From: an uncultured Chlamydiae bacterium
Lineage (GTDB): Bacteria; Chlamydiota; Chlamydiia; Chlamydiales; JAJFMA01
Direction: 5' to 3'
Assembly (NCBI GenBank): GCA_963790215.1
Contig: CAWBNS010000013.1
Coordinates: 54,000-117,999 of the forward strand
Length of the DNA: 64,000 bases
In this document: one piece after another, positions 8,615 through 18,407 of the stretch
Layout: every line of letters begins with the position of its first letter
Position numbering within the stretch: position 1 is the first letter of the stretch
Program-made: the position numbers and the translations under genes
Notes under the pieces: generated by a model
The model's input: the letters and a program-made list of their open reading frames with translations, nothing else
Told to the model about the DNA's origin: nothing
Database searches by the model: none

Positions 8615-8815
8615 TCATTGATATATCTCAAATCTTTTTGTAGCTGTGTGCTGGGGGCAATGCAACTAAAGGCATGGTACAGGCATACGCATGTTGTGAC
8701 AAGAAAACCTCGAAGTTGTTATTGGATTTAATGGTCAGTCATCTGCCGTTTTGTCAACTGTACTAGACAAAAAATCATCAAATTTGTAAGGTGTAGTTTG
8801 CAGTCAGGAGACCCC

Positions 8816-10018
8816 ATGCTCGAAGAACTCGTTTCGATCCATCAAGAAGTTATGCTAAGAACCCCGCAAAAATTTCATCGATATCTTTTTCCTAAGATCA
8901 ACTGGAAGGCCTTGGGTCTTTGTATTTTAGGAGACCGAGGAGTGGGAAAGACAACTCTCATTTGCCAAGACCTTTTAGAACGGTATCAATCACCAGCACG
9001 GGCGCTATATTTATCAGCCGACAATATCAACGTTGTTTCTATGGGCCTGTTCAATATTGCCAAATATTATTTTTCTCATGGTGGAGAAGCTCTTTATATT
9101 GACGAAGTGCATAAATATCCAAATTGGTCCATTGAAATCAAAAATATCCTCGACACATTTAAAGACAAACAAGTGATCTTCTCAGCCAGCTCATCGGTTG
9201 ACCTGAATCAAAGCAAAGGAGATCTCTCTCGAAGAGTCGTCTACCATCGTCTATTGGGACTCTCGTTTCGGGAATATCTTCTTTTAGCTCTTAACCTTCC
9301 GCTTCCTGAACTTACCTTTGAAGACATAATAAAAAGGCATAGTTCAATTGCCTCTGAATTTAGCTCTAAACAGCTATTAAAGCACTTTCACGACTACTTA
9401 AGGCATGGTTACTATCCATTTTTCATGGAAGGAATCGAAGACTATCTGTCCAAGGTGAACAATGTGATCGAGAAGGTACTTTTTGAAGACCTTGCCGTAG
9501 TCTACAATCTACGCCAGACAACATTACCTGTTCTTAAGAAACTCCTTTGGCTTGTCGCTACATCCAATGGACTGATCCCGAATATAGATAAACTGAGTAA
9601 AAACCTTGGAATTTCTAGAGAACTTGTTTACACCAGCTTAGAATATTTAAGTCATTCAGGACTGCTAAACGATGTTTTTACTGCCGTGACTGGGAACAGT
9701 CTAGTACGTAAACCGAGCAAGATCTATCTAAACAACTCGAACTTGCTTTGCGCAATCAATGGTTCGCTAAAGCTCGAAGCCGACGTTGGAGGTATTCGAG
9801 AAACATTTTTCGTTAATCAAGTTGGTAACCTTCACAAAGTTATTCTACATGATAAGGGCGATTTCTTAGTTGATAGCCAATATGTGATCGAAGTCGGCGC
9901 TAAAGGAAAGACGACTAAGCAGATTAAAAATGAATCAAATGCCTACTTGGCTGTCGATGATATTTCAGTCGGCTTTGGCCCCAAAATCCCTCTCTACCTA
10001 TTTGGTCTGCTCTACTAG
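8816..10018 (+). CDS. AAA+ ATPase (AAA_14 / DUF4143-type)
   Basis: Walker A is LGDRGVGKTTL and Walker B-like is ALYIDEVH. Size and layout are typical of DUF4143 ATPases. ATG at 8816 is preferred over the listed TTG at 8798. Confidence 0.6.
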   Translation: MLEELVSIHQEVMLRTPQKFHRYLFPKINWKALGLCILGDRGVGKTTLICQDLLERYQSPARALYLSADNINVVSMGLFNIAKYYFSHGGEALYIDEVHKYPNWSIEIKNILDTFKDKQVIFSASSSVDLNQSKGDLSRRVVYHRLLGLSFREYLLLALNLPLPELTFEDIIKRHSSIASEFSSKQLLKHFHDYLRHGYYPFFMEGIEDYLSKVNNVIEKVLFEDLAVVYNLRQTTLPVLKKLLWLVATSNGLIPNIDKLSKNLGISRELVYTSLEYLSHSGLLNDVFTAVTGNSLVRKPSKIYLNNSNLLCAINGSLKLEADVGGIRETFFVNQVGNLHKVILHDKGDFLVDSQYVIEVGAKGKTTKQIKNESNAYLAVDDISVGFGPKIPLYLFGLLY

Positions 10019-10083
10019 AAATAAGACACAACATAACATGAATTATCAGAACTTTATAACAAAGTAGCGTCCATCCCTACCAA

Positions 10084-10607
10084 ACGCGAGTTTTGGATAA
10101 GCCAGTCTTGGAAATAGCTTAAAGTAAGTGATTTGAGTTTAAAAAACTTCACAGGTTCAGGCTAAGATAAGTTTTTGTGATTATGCAATTGATAACAAGC
10201 TCATTACGACAGGAAGACCCTCGTAGAGGGTCTCTGAATGTAGCCCACCGTGAACCTGCGAGCGAAGCGAAGACAGGTGTAACGGTGGGAAAATGCGTCG
10301 AAAACCTATTGCACCCCCGAAGGGTGTGCCTCAAGCTATTTGTAATCAACGAGCTGAGGCACTCTCGTTCGAGAGTGCGAACCCTATTTTGCCCATATTC
10401 CCACCGTTACACCTGTCTTCGCTGACGCTCGCAGGTTCACGGTGGGCTACATTCAGAGACCCTCTACGAGGGTCTTCCTGTCGTAATGAGCTTGTATCAA
10501 TTGCATAATCACAAAAACTTCACAGGTCCTGAACCTGTGAAGTTTTTTTTCAACTCAAATAACTTATTCTAAGCTATTTCCAAGACTGGCTTATCCAAAA
10601 CTCGCGT
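10084..10607. mobile_element. Non-coding foldback (MITE-like) element, copy 2
   Basis: Same termini, arms and loop as 4441-4965, in the same orientation (the asymmetric loop reads the same way). The copies differ by a few substitutions and indels. Confidence 0.65.
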
Positions 10608-10630
10608 GGATTAGCTTGGCCAGGGTAATG

Positions 10631-11482
10631 CTACCGGCTCGCACCGAAGCTTAAACGGCAATCGGGTGAAGCTTTTCCGAGCATGAGATCATGAAGTGAA
10701 ATTCCGAGCTTTTCTTGGAAGGTTGTTGTGCGTACGATGCCTGCAGCTTTTGTCGCTTCAAGCAGTAGTTCGCCACCGAAAAAGAGCATGACGTGGTCGA
10801 CGCGTGTGCGGTCAAATGGAGCGGTGAAGGCAAGGTCGCCAGGGATTAGTTCATTGGCTGATAAGGGTTGGCAATGCAGAAATTGATCGTGCGCATCTCG
10901 TGGCAAGTTCATGCCATAAACACGGTATAAGAGGTTTACCAAGCCGGAACAATCCACACCTGTATCTGCAACCTCAGGAAGGTACGGTGTACGACCACCC
11001 CAAAAATAAGGCGATCCAAGAAAGCTCAGACCTAATTGTAGAAGCGATTCACGCCAATGCGAGCGTTGCACGGCTGCCACTTCATTAGCAGAGATCCACC
11101 CACTCCGTCCGTCAGGCAGCATCACTGTCCATCCTTCTTTCACTTGTGTGACGCCACATAATCGTGTTCCTAGAAGAAGTGTGGAGCGTTGGTCATCTGT
11201 ATGTAAGCTAGCTTGTGGCACCGTCACTACAAGACTGTCTTCCACATTCCATAATACGGGACGAATGGTATCCCACGGCAACCAACCGAGATATCCGTGC
11301 CATCCCTCCGAAGTTACCTGCGGCTGCTCGAGGGCCTCAACAAAGGCCCATAGGCCTTCACGCTTATGCAGAAATACCTTTTCGGCGAAAAGAAGCTGCG
11401 TATGCTGGTGATCCGGATCATCTCCTAAAACAGGTTGACTGCGTAGGTTTACGTGCGACGGATAAATCCAATAGTTTGACAT
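10631..11482 (-). CDS. NlpC/P60 (C40) cell-wall peptidase with N-terminal SH3b-like region
   Basis: Catalytic Cys motif GVDCSGLVNLLYRVYG and downstream His (RVDHVMLF). Confidence 0.8.
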   Translation of the reverse strand: MSNYWIYPSHVNLRSQPVLGDDPDHQHTQLLFAEKVFLHKREGLWAFVEALEQPQVTSEGWHGYLGWLPWDTIRPVLWNVEDSLVVTVPQASLHTDDQRSTLLLGTRLCGVTQVKEGWTVMLPDGRSGWISANEVAAVQRSHWRESLLQLGLSFLGSPYFWGGRTPYLPEVADTGVDCSGLVNLLYRVYGMNLPRDAHDQFLHCQPLSANELIPGDLAFTAPFDRTRVDHVMLFFGGELLLEATKAAGIVRTTTFQEKLGISLHDLMLGKASPDCRLSFGASR

Positions 11483-11486
11483 GAGT

Positions 11487-12542
11487 CTAAGATCCGATTA
11501 ATTCCAGATGCGCAACCGGCTGTAACCCTTCCAGGCTGACGCCTGGGCAGTCTGTTAGATCCAATCGCTTAAGTCGCGAAAGTGTGGCCAACTTGATCAG
11601 CGCTTTGTCTGTTACACCAGAGCACTCACTCAACGAGAGAGTTTCTAAAGATCGCATTTCAGCAAGATGGACAATCCCTTGCTCGGTAAGGTGAAATAGC
11701 CCGCCCCCGAGATCTAGCTCCACTAGGCTATCCAGTAAAGGCGAAGTTGATAGGATGTGTAGGCCTTGATCGGTCAGCTTTTTGGAACCAAACAAGCGCA
11801 AGCGCTGCAGCCCCCTGCACATTTCTGAATGCGCAATAAACCCGAGTGAGGCGTCAGTAAGAAGATCTAGATGGCTCAAATCAAGACTGTGCCACTCTCT
11901 CAGGCTGTGGGCCAAGTTGGCGACTCCGCGATCGGTCACTAGCAAGCAGCCGCCAATGTTCAAGTCGACCAGATGAGTTAATTGCGTCGAATGAGCTAAA
12001 GAACTAAGTCCTTTGTCTGTAATTTCGGCGCAGAGGTGCAAATTAAGCCTCTCCAGTGCTGTCCAATCGGGCCAGCGAGCTAACATATCCAACGCTTCAT
12101 CAGTTACGTCTGTACAGCCTTCTAGGTTGAGTCGTTTAAAATCAACGGTGGGTTCTCGTTTAGGAGTGTCAAAATACGGCCGATGCGAAGATCCAAGTGG
12201 TCCATGACCGACTCTACGATGTAATTTTTCTATAATCTGATAAACATTAGCATCAGTGTGGAGTCCTAAGAGTCGCAGCTGTGCACCTAAATTATTAAGT
12301 GCCAATCGGTCGATGTTGCGGATCTCGGTTTGATGCCGTAAAAGAAAACTCTCTACCTGCTGTCCTATTTCCTCAGGGGTGGATTTGTCGTTCTTCTGCA
12401 TAGCCTCAGCTAGGTCATAGGACAAATCGGCTAGTTGACGGTGAAACTGCGACGGCATAGCCGAACTCTCAGGGTAAAGATATCTTGGTAGTAGCATGGC
12501 TGGCACGTTTTTTTCAATGGGGAAGTAAAGGCTTTGTGGCAT
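11487..12542 (-). CDS. Eukaryote-like leucine-rich repeat protein (RNI/FBXL-type LRRs)
   Basis: About 25-aa repeats, e.g. LNLEGCTDVTDEALDMLA, LNLHLCAEITDKGLSSLA, LNIGGCLLVTDRGVANLA, LSLSECSGVTDKALIKLA, LDLTDCPGVSLEGL. No clear F-box. The first 50 codons of listed ORF 11487-12692 read through a palindromic repeat. The start at ATG 12542 is tentative. Confidence 0.65.
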   Translation of the reverse strand: MPQSLYFPIEKNVPAMLLPRYLYPESSAMPSQFHRQLADLSYDLAEAMQKNDKSTPEEIGQQVESFLLRHQTEIRNIDRLALNNLGAQLRLLGLHTDANVYQIIEKLHRRVGHGPLGSSHRPYFDTPKREPTVDFKRLNLEGCTDVTDEALDMLARWPDWTALERLNLHLCAEITDKGLSSLAHSTQLTHLVDLNIGGCLLVTDRGVANLAHSLREWHSLDLSHLDLLTDASLGFIAHSEMCRGLQRLRLFGSKKLTDQGLHILSTSPLLDSLVELDLGGGLFHLTEQGIVHLAEMRSLETLSLSECSGVTDKALIKLATLSRLKRLDLTDCPGVSLEGLQPVAHLELIGS

Positions 12543-12546
12543 ACAA

Positions 12547-12649
12547 ATTCGTGCCCTTGCCCGTGTGCGTGTGCGTGCCCGATCAGCTTGATCGCTATGC
12601 GGGATAACCTTGTTGTGCAAGTTTTCCGGGCACGGGCAAGGGCACGAAT
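12547..12649. repeat. Hairpin element (GTGCCC/GTGTGC units)
   Basis: attcgtgcccttgcccgtg..cccg (from 12547) is complementary to cgggcacgggcaagggcacgaat (ending 12649). It lies in the divergent promoter region between the LRR and GH9 genes. Confidence 0.7.
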
Positions 12650-12734
12650 GTAGGCAACGCAACGATAAATTGACATGAAACAAAAATATCAATTATTCTA
12701 TTAGTGATAGATAAAACAAAATAGGACAATTACT

Positions 12735-15700
12735 ATGATGATCCTGTTTAGAACTATTTCCTTTATTTTCATTCTCTCTCTGTTTAATTTACATGCCGCC
12801 GATACTCGGCCTACGAAAACTTCCACGGTCAAGATTATGAATGCAGGGGGAACAAGTGGAGAGATTCAGGATTTCCTGTATTTGCACGACACGGACTTGC
12901 AAAAGCGAGAATATGTGGTTGGCTCTGTCTCCCTAACGGCTGGGGACCAGACGGTTAAGGATAAGGGGGATGGAACGTTTACCGGCAGTGGAACGGGCAA
13001 GTTCGACTACGTGACCGGGCAGTTTTATGTTAAGTTTACCAAAATTCCGCCAAAGAGCACTCCGATTACGTTAACATTTACTTACTATCGGACGGCTTCA
13101 ACGACGACTACAACCCCTACAACTCCTACGGCTCCTCCCTCGACTCCGACAACAACAGGGGCCACTACTGACACGTTTGTACCGGCAACAGGTCGGGATC
13201 GATTGCCGGCTGATAAACAAGGTGCTTTCCCCGTTATGATTCCTCAATACAACGGAATCAATCAGCTGCTGCTTTTGTCTAATCAGTGGGTGATTGTGGC
13301 GGTGGACCAGACGGCTGATTTAACGAAGCAGATCCAAAATTTTATAGACGCTGATTCTTCATTTAAAGGCATTGATTTAGCGGCGGCACAGGCAAAATGG
13401 CTGTCTACTTCGTTAGCCGACCAAAAGCCGGATTATACCTCCATGAAGACGAATATTTTGGCGCCGGTGAACAAATATTACGTTAAAGCGCGAGAGAAAA
13501 CGAGCGAACGGCAAATGGCCGATCCTGCTTTCTTTTCAATCACAAGCAGTGACGATCCCGATTACTCACAGGGGCAAACACCTCTGCAGGTTGCGCATTT
13601 TATCACTTCACTAGGAAGGGCTGACTGGGCAGGCAATAATGCGCCTTACTCTACTTATGCGGTTTATTCTTATCTTCAATTCCCCTTCCCTATGAAGGAT
13701 GGTAAAACTTATACAATCTCTGCAGATGACGGTAAGTCTGTTACATTCACCTATGATGAATTCCGCAGCGTATCCCGATCCATCAAAACAAACCAGATCG
13801 GCTACTTACCATCGGGTAAGAAATATGCGTATTTGGGCGGATATTTGTGGGATTCGGGTCCTATGGATTTTTCGGCTGCAAAAACGTTTCATGTGATTGA
13901 TGTGAAGACAGGTACTGAAGTGTTCTCTGGTAATATTTTGGCTAAAGGCGCCAGTGCACAATCGGGTGAAAACCTGTATGAGATGGATTTATCTGGTTTG
14001 ACGACAACGGGTGACTACTTTATTTCGATTCCTGGCGTGGGTCGTTCATGGACATTTCACGTAGGTAAGGATGCGTATGGAGAGGCCTTCTACACGATGA
14101 TTCGTGGGTTGTATATGCAGCGCAGTGGAATGGCTGTCGGGCCTCCTTACTCCAACTGGCCTCGCAAGGCATATCATAATGTACCGGTTTACGAAAACGA
14201 CATTATTGAGCTTACACCACGAAACCTTCGCAAAAGTGTAACGCCCTATACTACACCTGAGACCTGGTCAGAGATAGCCGATTTTGATGTCTCTGGTGCT
14301 AGCATCGACAAGACTAAGGTTCATCAGGATGGTACGGGTGGTTGGTATGATGCGGGCGATTATCAAAAGCGATTATTTCATTATAACAACTTAATGGCAC
14401 TTTTATATCTGTACGAATTAAAACCGCAGAATTTTTCTGACAACCAATTGAATCTGCCTGAATCGGGAGATGGAGTTCCAGATATCTTAAACGAAGCTGA
14501 GTGGGGTTTAAAGGTCTGGAGCAATAGCATGGATGAGAATGGGGGTGTTTCTTCGCGCCTGCTTTCTAATTCACACCCTGCTCCGGATGATCCTGCTTAT
14601 CCTTATTCGTATGGAAAACGAACACGGTATGCTTCGTTATCGTTTGCAGCGGCCGCAGCGCAATTTGCACGTTTAGTTAAACCGTTCAGCGCAAGCAAAT
14701 CGAGTCAATGGCAGGCTTTAGCCGAGAAGGCGTATGCCTTCGGGACTAATCCAGCAAACAAATTAACGAACTATGTGATGCATGCGAAGACAAATAGGGG
14801 AACTGGAACTGCTTATACGATGACGTACACTGAGGACGACAATTTTAATGGTCCTTTCCTGGCTGGTGCCAAGATGCAGATGTATATGCTCACCAAAGAT
14901 AAATCGTATCTAGATGGGCTGACAACGTTGCTTGCACAGATGCAATCGCCAACAAACAAAGTTCCTAAGACTGTAACACCAGGTAAATTGGAAACGCAGA
15001 ATACCGCCTTATTACCGGGAACTTGGCCTTATACAAACCGTGATTTTATTCACTGGTTATTGGCTCCTGTTATTTTGGACACTGAAATTCAAACGGCTTT
15101 AGGTGCCACTGTCACGGCTACTTGGGCGAAAACCTTTACAAATATAGCGGATGGATATTTGAAATTTTACAGTACGCATCCTTACCGCATTTCGTGGGAT
15201 CCTACTAAGAATACAGGATTGGCCTGGGGCGCTAGTGCGATGACGAATCCGGCTGTGTTCTTGATTCTGGCCTACTACACAACTAAGGACCAAAAATACC
15301 TGGATGCTGCGGTAGCTGACGCAGACTTTATGCTCGGGGCTAATCCGATGGGTATGTCATGGACCACAGGGATGGGTTTTGTCTATCCCGTAAAGAACCA
15401 CTATCGGTTCAACGATTACAATGCGTGGATGGATCCTTTCCCAGGAATCATGGTTTATGGGCCGAATGAGCTAACCTTAAAAGATTTTGATGGAATCTGG
15501 TATCCAAAAGATACAGACGGTACGGTGCATAACTTTTTGTCGGCTAAAATGCTAGGGTCGGATGGTAAGGCGAGTATTCCTGTTCTACGTCGTTGGGTCC
15601 CTCACAACTACTTCAGCGTGGGGCAGAATGAGTTCACCATCTGGGAGACAAATGCGGGTGCGATCTTTACGTATGGGTATTTGTTAGATCAGCCTTGGTC

Positions 15701-15773
15701 GCCTAGCAGCGATCTGAAGAATCGCAAACCTCGTGATGAGCGGTTGCTGTTTGGGTTGTGGTATTTGCCCTAA
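12735..15773 (+). CDS. Secreted glycoside hydrolase family 9 (endoglucanase-like) with Thr/Pro linker and Ig-like CelD-N domain
   Basis: Signal peptide MMILFRTISFIFILSLFNLHA. GH9 signatures GGWYDAGDYQKR and NEFTIWETNAG. The Ig-like N-domain pattern is IKTNQIGYLPSGKKYAYL. Confidence 0.85.
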   Translation: MMILFRTISFIFILSLFNLHAADTRPTKTSTVKIMNAGGTSGEIQDFLYLHDTDLQKREYVVGSVSLTAGDQTVKDKGDGTFTGSGTGKFDYVTGQFYVKFTKIPPKSTPITLTFTYYRTASTTTTTPTTPTAPPSTPTTTGATTDTFVPATGRDRLPADKQGAFPVMIPQYNGINQLLLLSNQWVIVAVDQTADLTKQIQNFIDADSSFKGIDLAAAQAKWLSTSLADQKPDYTSMKTNILAPVNKYYVKAREKTSERQMADPAFFSITSSDDPDYSQGQTPLQVAHFITSLGRADWAGNNAPYSTYAVYSYLQFPFPMKDGKTYTISADDGKSVTFTYDEFRSVSRSIKTNQIGYLPSGKKYAYLGGYLWDSGPMDFSAAKTFHVIDVKTGTEVFSGNILAKGASAQSGENLYEMDLSGLTTTGDYFISIPGVGRSWTFHVGKDAYGEAFYTMIRGLYMQRSGMAVGPPYSNWPRKAYHNVPVYENDIIELTPRNLRKSVTPYTTPETWSEIADFDVSGASIDKTKVHQDGTGGWYDAGDYQKRLFHYNNLMALLYLYELKPQNFSDNQLNLPESGDGVPDILNEAEWGLKVWSNSMDENGGVSSRLLSNSHPAPDDPAYPYSYGKRTRYASLSFAAAAAQFARLVKPFSASKSSQWQALAEKAYAFGTNPANKLTNYVMHAKTNRGTGTAYTMTYTEDDNFNGPFLAGAKMQMYMLTKDKSYLDGLTTLLAQMQSPTNKVPKTVTPGKLETQNTALLPGTWPYTNRDFIHWLLAPVILDTEIQTALGATVTATWAKTFTNIADGYLKFYSTHPYRISWDPTKNTGLAWGASAMTNPAVFLILAYYTTKDQKYLDAAVADADFMLGANPMGMSWTTGMGFVYPVKNHYRFNDYNAWMDPFPGIMVYGPNELTLKDFDGIWYPKDTDGTVHNFLSAKMLGSDGKASIPVLRRWVPHNYFSVGQNEFTIWETNAGAIFTYGYLLDQPWSPSSDLKNRKPRDERLLFGLWYLP

Positions 15774-15785
15774 CCAGGTTGCTTA

Positions 15786-15961
15786 GAAATCACATTATGC
15801 TGTTTTTCGACGCAAAGACGCAAAGACGCGAAGGTTCGCAAAGATAGTCTAAAAGACATAAAAATTTAAAAAACTAAAATTAGTTTGTTTGTAAAGAACC
15901 GTCTTTGCGAACCTTCGCGTCTCTGCGTCTTTGCGTCGAAAAACAACATAATGTGATTTTT
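15786..15961. repeat. Hairpin element (CGCAAAGA units), ~58-bp arms and ~57-nt spacer
   Basis: aaatcacattatgctgtttttcgacgcaaagacgcaaagacgcgaaggttcgcaaaga pairs with tctttgcgaaccttcgcgtctctgcgtctttgcgtcgaaaaacaacataatgtgattt. It lies between convergent genes. Confidence 0.85.
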
Positions 15962-15986
15962 AAAGAACCTTAACTTGAAAGTATCG

Positions 15987-17312
15987 CTAAACGGAGACCA
16001 ACTCCTGCGAGTGGGACAAACTTCGCAACACGCCGCTTTCGACTAAATAAACTTCTTCCGGCTCAATGGAGTTACAAAGATGTTTAAGACTATCACTTTG
16101 CAGCACAATAAAATCGACCTCACGCAATGATATGAGCAGCTCGACAAACTCAGGATGAGGATCCAGATCGCGCAAATAGACAACAACTGCCCAACCTTCA
16201 CGTCCTGAAAGCTGACGAAGATGTGCATACGTGTCCGCAGACAACCCATCGGCCGAATACACACCAACCACCGCCATACGCTGCCCCGAGAGAGCATGCT
16301 GCAACGCAAATAGATGCTCCTCGTCAAACACCTTATTGCTCACATCCCGCTCCAACAATCGCTGCGCTAAATCCGCAATCGACACTTGCGCGCAACCAAA
16401 ACGCTCAATCGCAATTCCCGCCGCTACGTTGGCAAGTTGCGCTCCTTCAGCTAGAGAAAGTCCACTCGCCACGGCACAGGTCAACATCGCCAATACAGTA
16501 TCGCCTGCACCAGTGACATCCTTGATCTCACGTACCTGTACAGGAAAATCCTCGCGTCGTCCCTCAGCATAAAACAAAGAAATACCTTCTTGAGAGCGAG
16601 TCACCATCAAAACCTCAGCCTTCGATGCCTCTAGCACGCGCTCCGCCACTTTCTCCAATGGTGCATCAGAAGAAAGCCCTGAAGCGGCGCGAGCCTCCGA
16701 TAGATTTGGCTTGATTACCGTAGCTCCTGCATACCTGTGAAAGTCCACCCCCTTCGGATCGACAATAATAGGAATGCCTCGAGCTCGCCCTTCCGCAATC
16801 AAACAAGTCAACAACCGCGGACTGAACATGCCTTTGCCATAATCGCTAATGGCAATGACTTTCACGTCCTGAAGCGCTTCTGGAAGCTGTGCTAGCAGAT
16901 ATTCTTCCAATTCCTGCGACAACACATGCGTCTCTTCACGGTCAACTCTGACCAATTGCTGATTGTCGGCAATAATACGATTCTTCACAGGTGTAGGATG
17001 ATTCGATTCTTCCAGAATCAACGATACATCTACACCGTCGCTATGCAAAACCTGCTTCAAAAGACGCCCTGAACTATCAGATCCGACTCGCCCTACAGCT
17101 TTCACTTGCATGCCTAGCGCGAGCAGATTCAACACCACGTTGCCAGCACCTCCTGGGCGGTGTTCCTCTCGACTGACGCGCACAACAGCAACTGGAGCTT
17201 CCGGAGAAATTCGGCTCACCTTGCCTATGGTATAGGTGTCGAGCAGAAAATCACCCGCAACGAGGACTTTTCCTGGAGAGATCCGGCTTAATTTTCCAAC
17301 TAATCTCACCAT
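15987..17312 (-). CDS. hldE: HldE/RfaE-like D-beta-D-heptose 7-phosphate kinase with a degenerate C-terminal adenylyltransferase-like domain
   Basis: pfkB kinase motifs GGAGNV and DVTGAGDT are present. The C-terminal ~105 aa align with domain II, but the HxGH motif is replaced (VGVYSADGLSADTYAHL). Confidence 0.75.
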   Translation of the reverse strand: MVRLVGKLSRISPGKVLVAGDFLLDTYTIGKVSRISPEAPVAVVRVSREEHRPGGAGNVVLNLLALGMQVKAVGRVGSDSSGRLLKQVLHSDGVDVSLILEESNHPTPVKNRIIADNQQLVRVDREETHVLSQELEEYLLAQLPEALQDVKVIAISDYGKGMFSPRLLTCLIAEGRARGIPIIVDPKGVDFHRYAGATVIKPNLSEARAASGLSSDAPLEKVAERVLEASKAEVLMVTRSQEGISLFYAEGRREDFPVQVREIKDVTGAGDTVLAMLTCAVASGLSLAEGAQLANVAAGIAIERFGCAQVSIADLAQRLLERDVSNKVFDEEHLFALQHALSGQRMAVVGVYSADGLSADTYAHLRQLSGREGWAVVVYLRDLDPHPEFVELLISLREVDFIVLQSDSLKHLCNSIEPEEVYLVESGVLRSLSHSQELVSV

Positions 17313-18271
17313 AATTTACCCGGTACTAGATAATTTTCCACATAGTCTCCCACATGTTCCTCAAGGGTACCGCACAGTGCCTGGTCACCCAATACACTCC
17401 GTGCCTTTGTCATGTCTGCGCATGTATAGTTTTGGTATTTCCCAATCAGGTCTGCAGGCATCGGCGTGTACTCAATGTGGGCAGGCTTTGCGAGCGCGCC
17501 AAAAACAGCGCGAGCAAGAGAATTCCAGGTATTAGGTACGCCAGTTCCAATGTTAAAAATGCCACCCGCAGCATTGTCTAAGAAGGCTGAGGTCATTTTT
17601 ACCGCATCCTTGACATAGAGAAAATCACGCTGCTGATCACCGTCAGCAAATCTGCTCGGTTCGGTAGATTGAAAGAGACGGATCACTCCCTCCTTCTGCA
17701 CGTTTGGCACCATCGCCGTAATGACAGACGCCATACGTCCTTTGTGCACCTCATTCGGACCAAAGACGTTAAAATACTTCAGCCCAACCACCTTATCCAA
17801 AACCCTCTGACGCTTCATCCACAGGTCGACCAAATGCTTGGAAAAGCCATACATGTTCAGAGGTTGCAGCTCGTCAAGCTGATCATGATGGTCGGTAAAA
17901 CCCAACGAACCATCTCCGTAAGTAGCTGCCGATGAAGCATAAATAAATCGGATATCGTGCTTAAGCGCCACTTCTGCAAGCTTAATCGTGTAGCGATAGT
18001 TGTTTTCTAAAAGATACGCGGCATTGCGCTCAGTGGTGCTAGAGCAAGCCCCAAGATGAATGATCGCCTCTACCCCCGTGTGATTTGCCTGCAACCACAC
18101 CAGCAACTCATCTATCGTCAGCAGCTCCAAAAACTGCTTGCCGACAAGATTCTTCCACCGCTCATCCGTCCCTAAATCATCAACAGCAATAATGCGGGTC
18201 TCCCCACGCTCATTCAGGTGTTTCACCAGGCATGATCCGATAAAGCCTGCAGCTCCCGTCACTATGATCAT
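17306..18271 (-). CDS. hldD: ADP-L-glycero-D-manno-heptose 6-epimerase
   Basis: Rossmann motif MIIVTGAAGFIGS and SDR YxxxK (YGFSKHL). It overlaps hldE by 7 nt. Confidence 0.8.
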   Translation of the reverse strand: MIIVTGAAGFIGSCLVKHLNERGETRIIAVDDLGTDERWKNLVGKQFLELLTIDELLVWLQANHTGVEAIIHLGACSSTTERNAAYLLENNYRYTIKLAEVALKHDIRFIYASSAATYGDGSLGFTDHHDQLDELQPLNMYGFSKHLVDLWMKRQRVLDKVVGLKYFNVFGPNEVHKGRMASVITAMVPNVQKEGVIRLFQSTEPSRFADGDQQRDFLYVKDAVKMTSAFLDNAAGGIFNIGTGVPNTWNSLARAVFGALAKPAHIEYTPMPADLIGKYQNYTCADMTKARSVLGDQALCGTLEEHVGDYVENYLVPGKLW

Positions 18272-18407
18272 TCTTCACTCTCCGTCTACCAATCCGGGTC
18301 TGAGGGCAGAGCTTAGCACAAAAGAGAGTCACCAAACAAGTATCAAATTTTTCTTCAAAATATAAAAATAACCAGATAAAATTTAGTTAATATAGTATTG
18401 GAGAGTA

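Noticed and set aside
12543-12692. The N-terminal 50 codons of listed ORF 11487-12692 (..CPCPCPENLH..RARTRTRARARIC).
   Set aside because: This low-complexity translation reads straight through the 12547-12649 hairpin repeat. An internal ATG at 12542 is a more plausible start, though still tentative.
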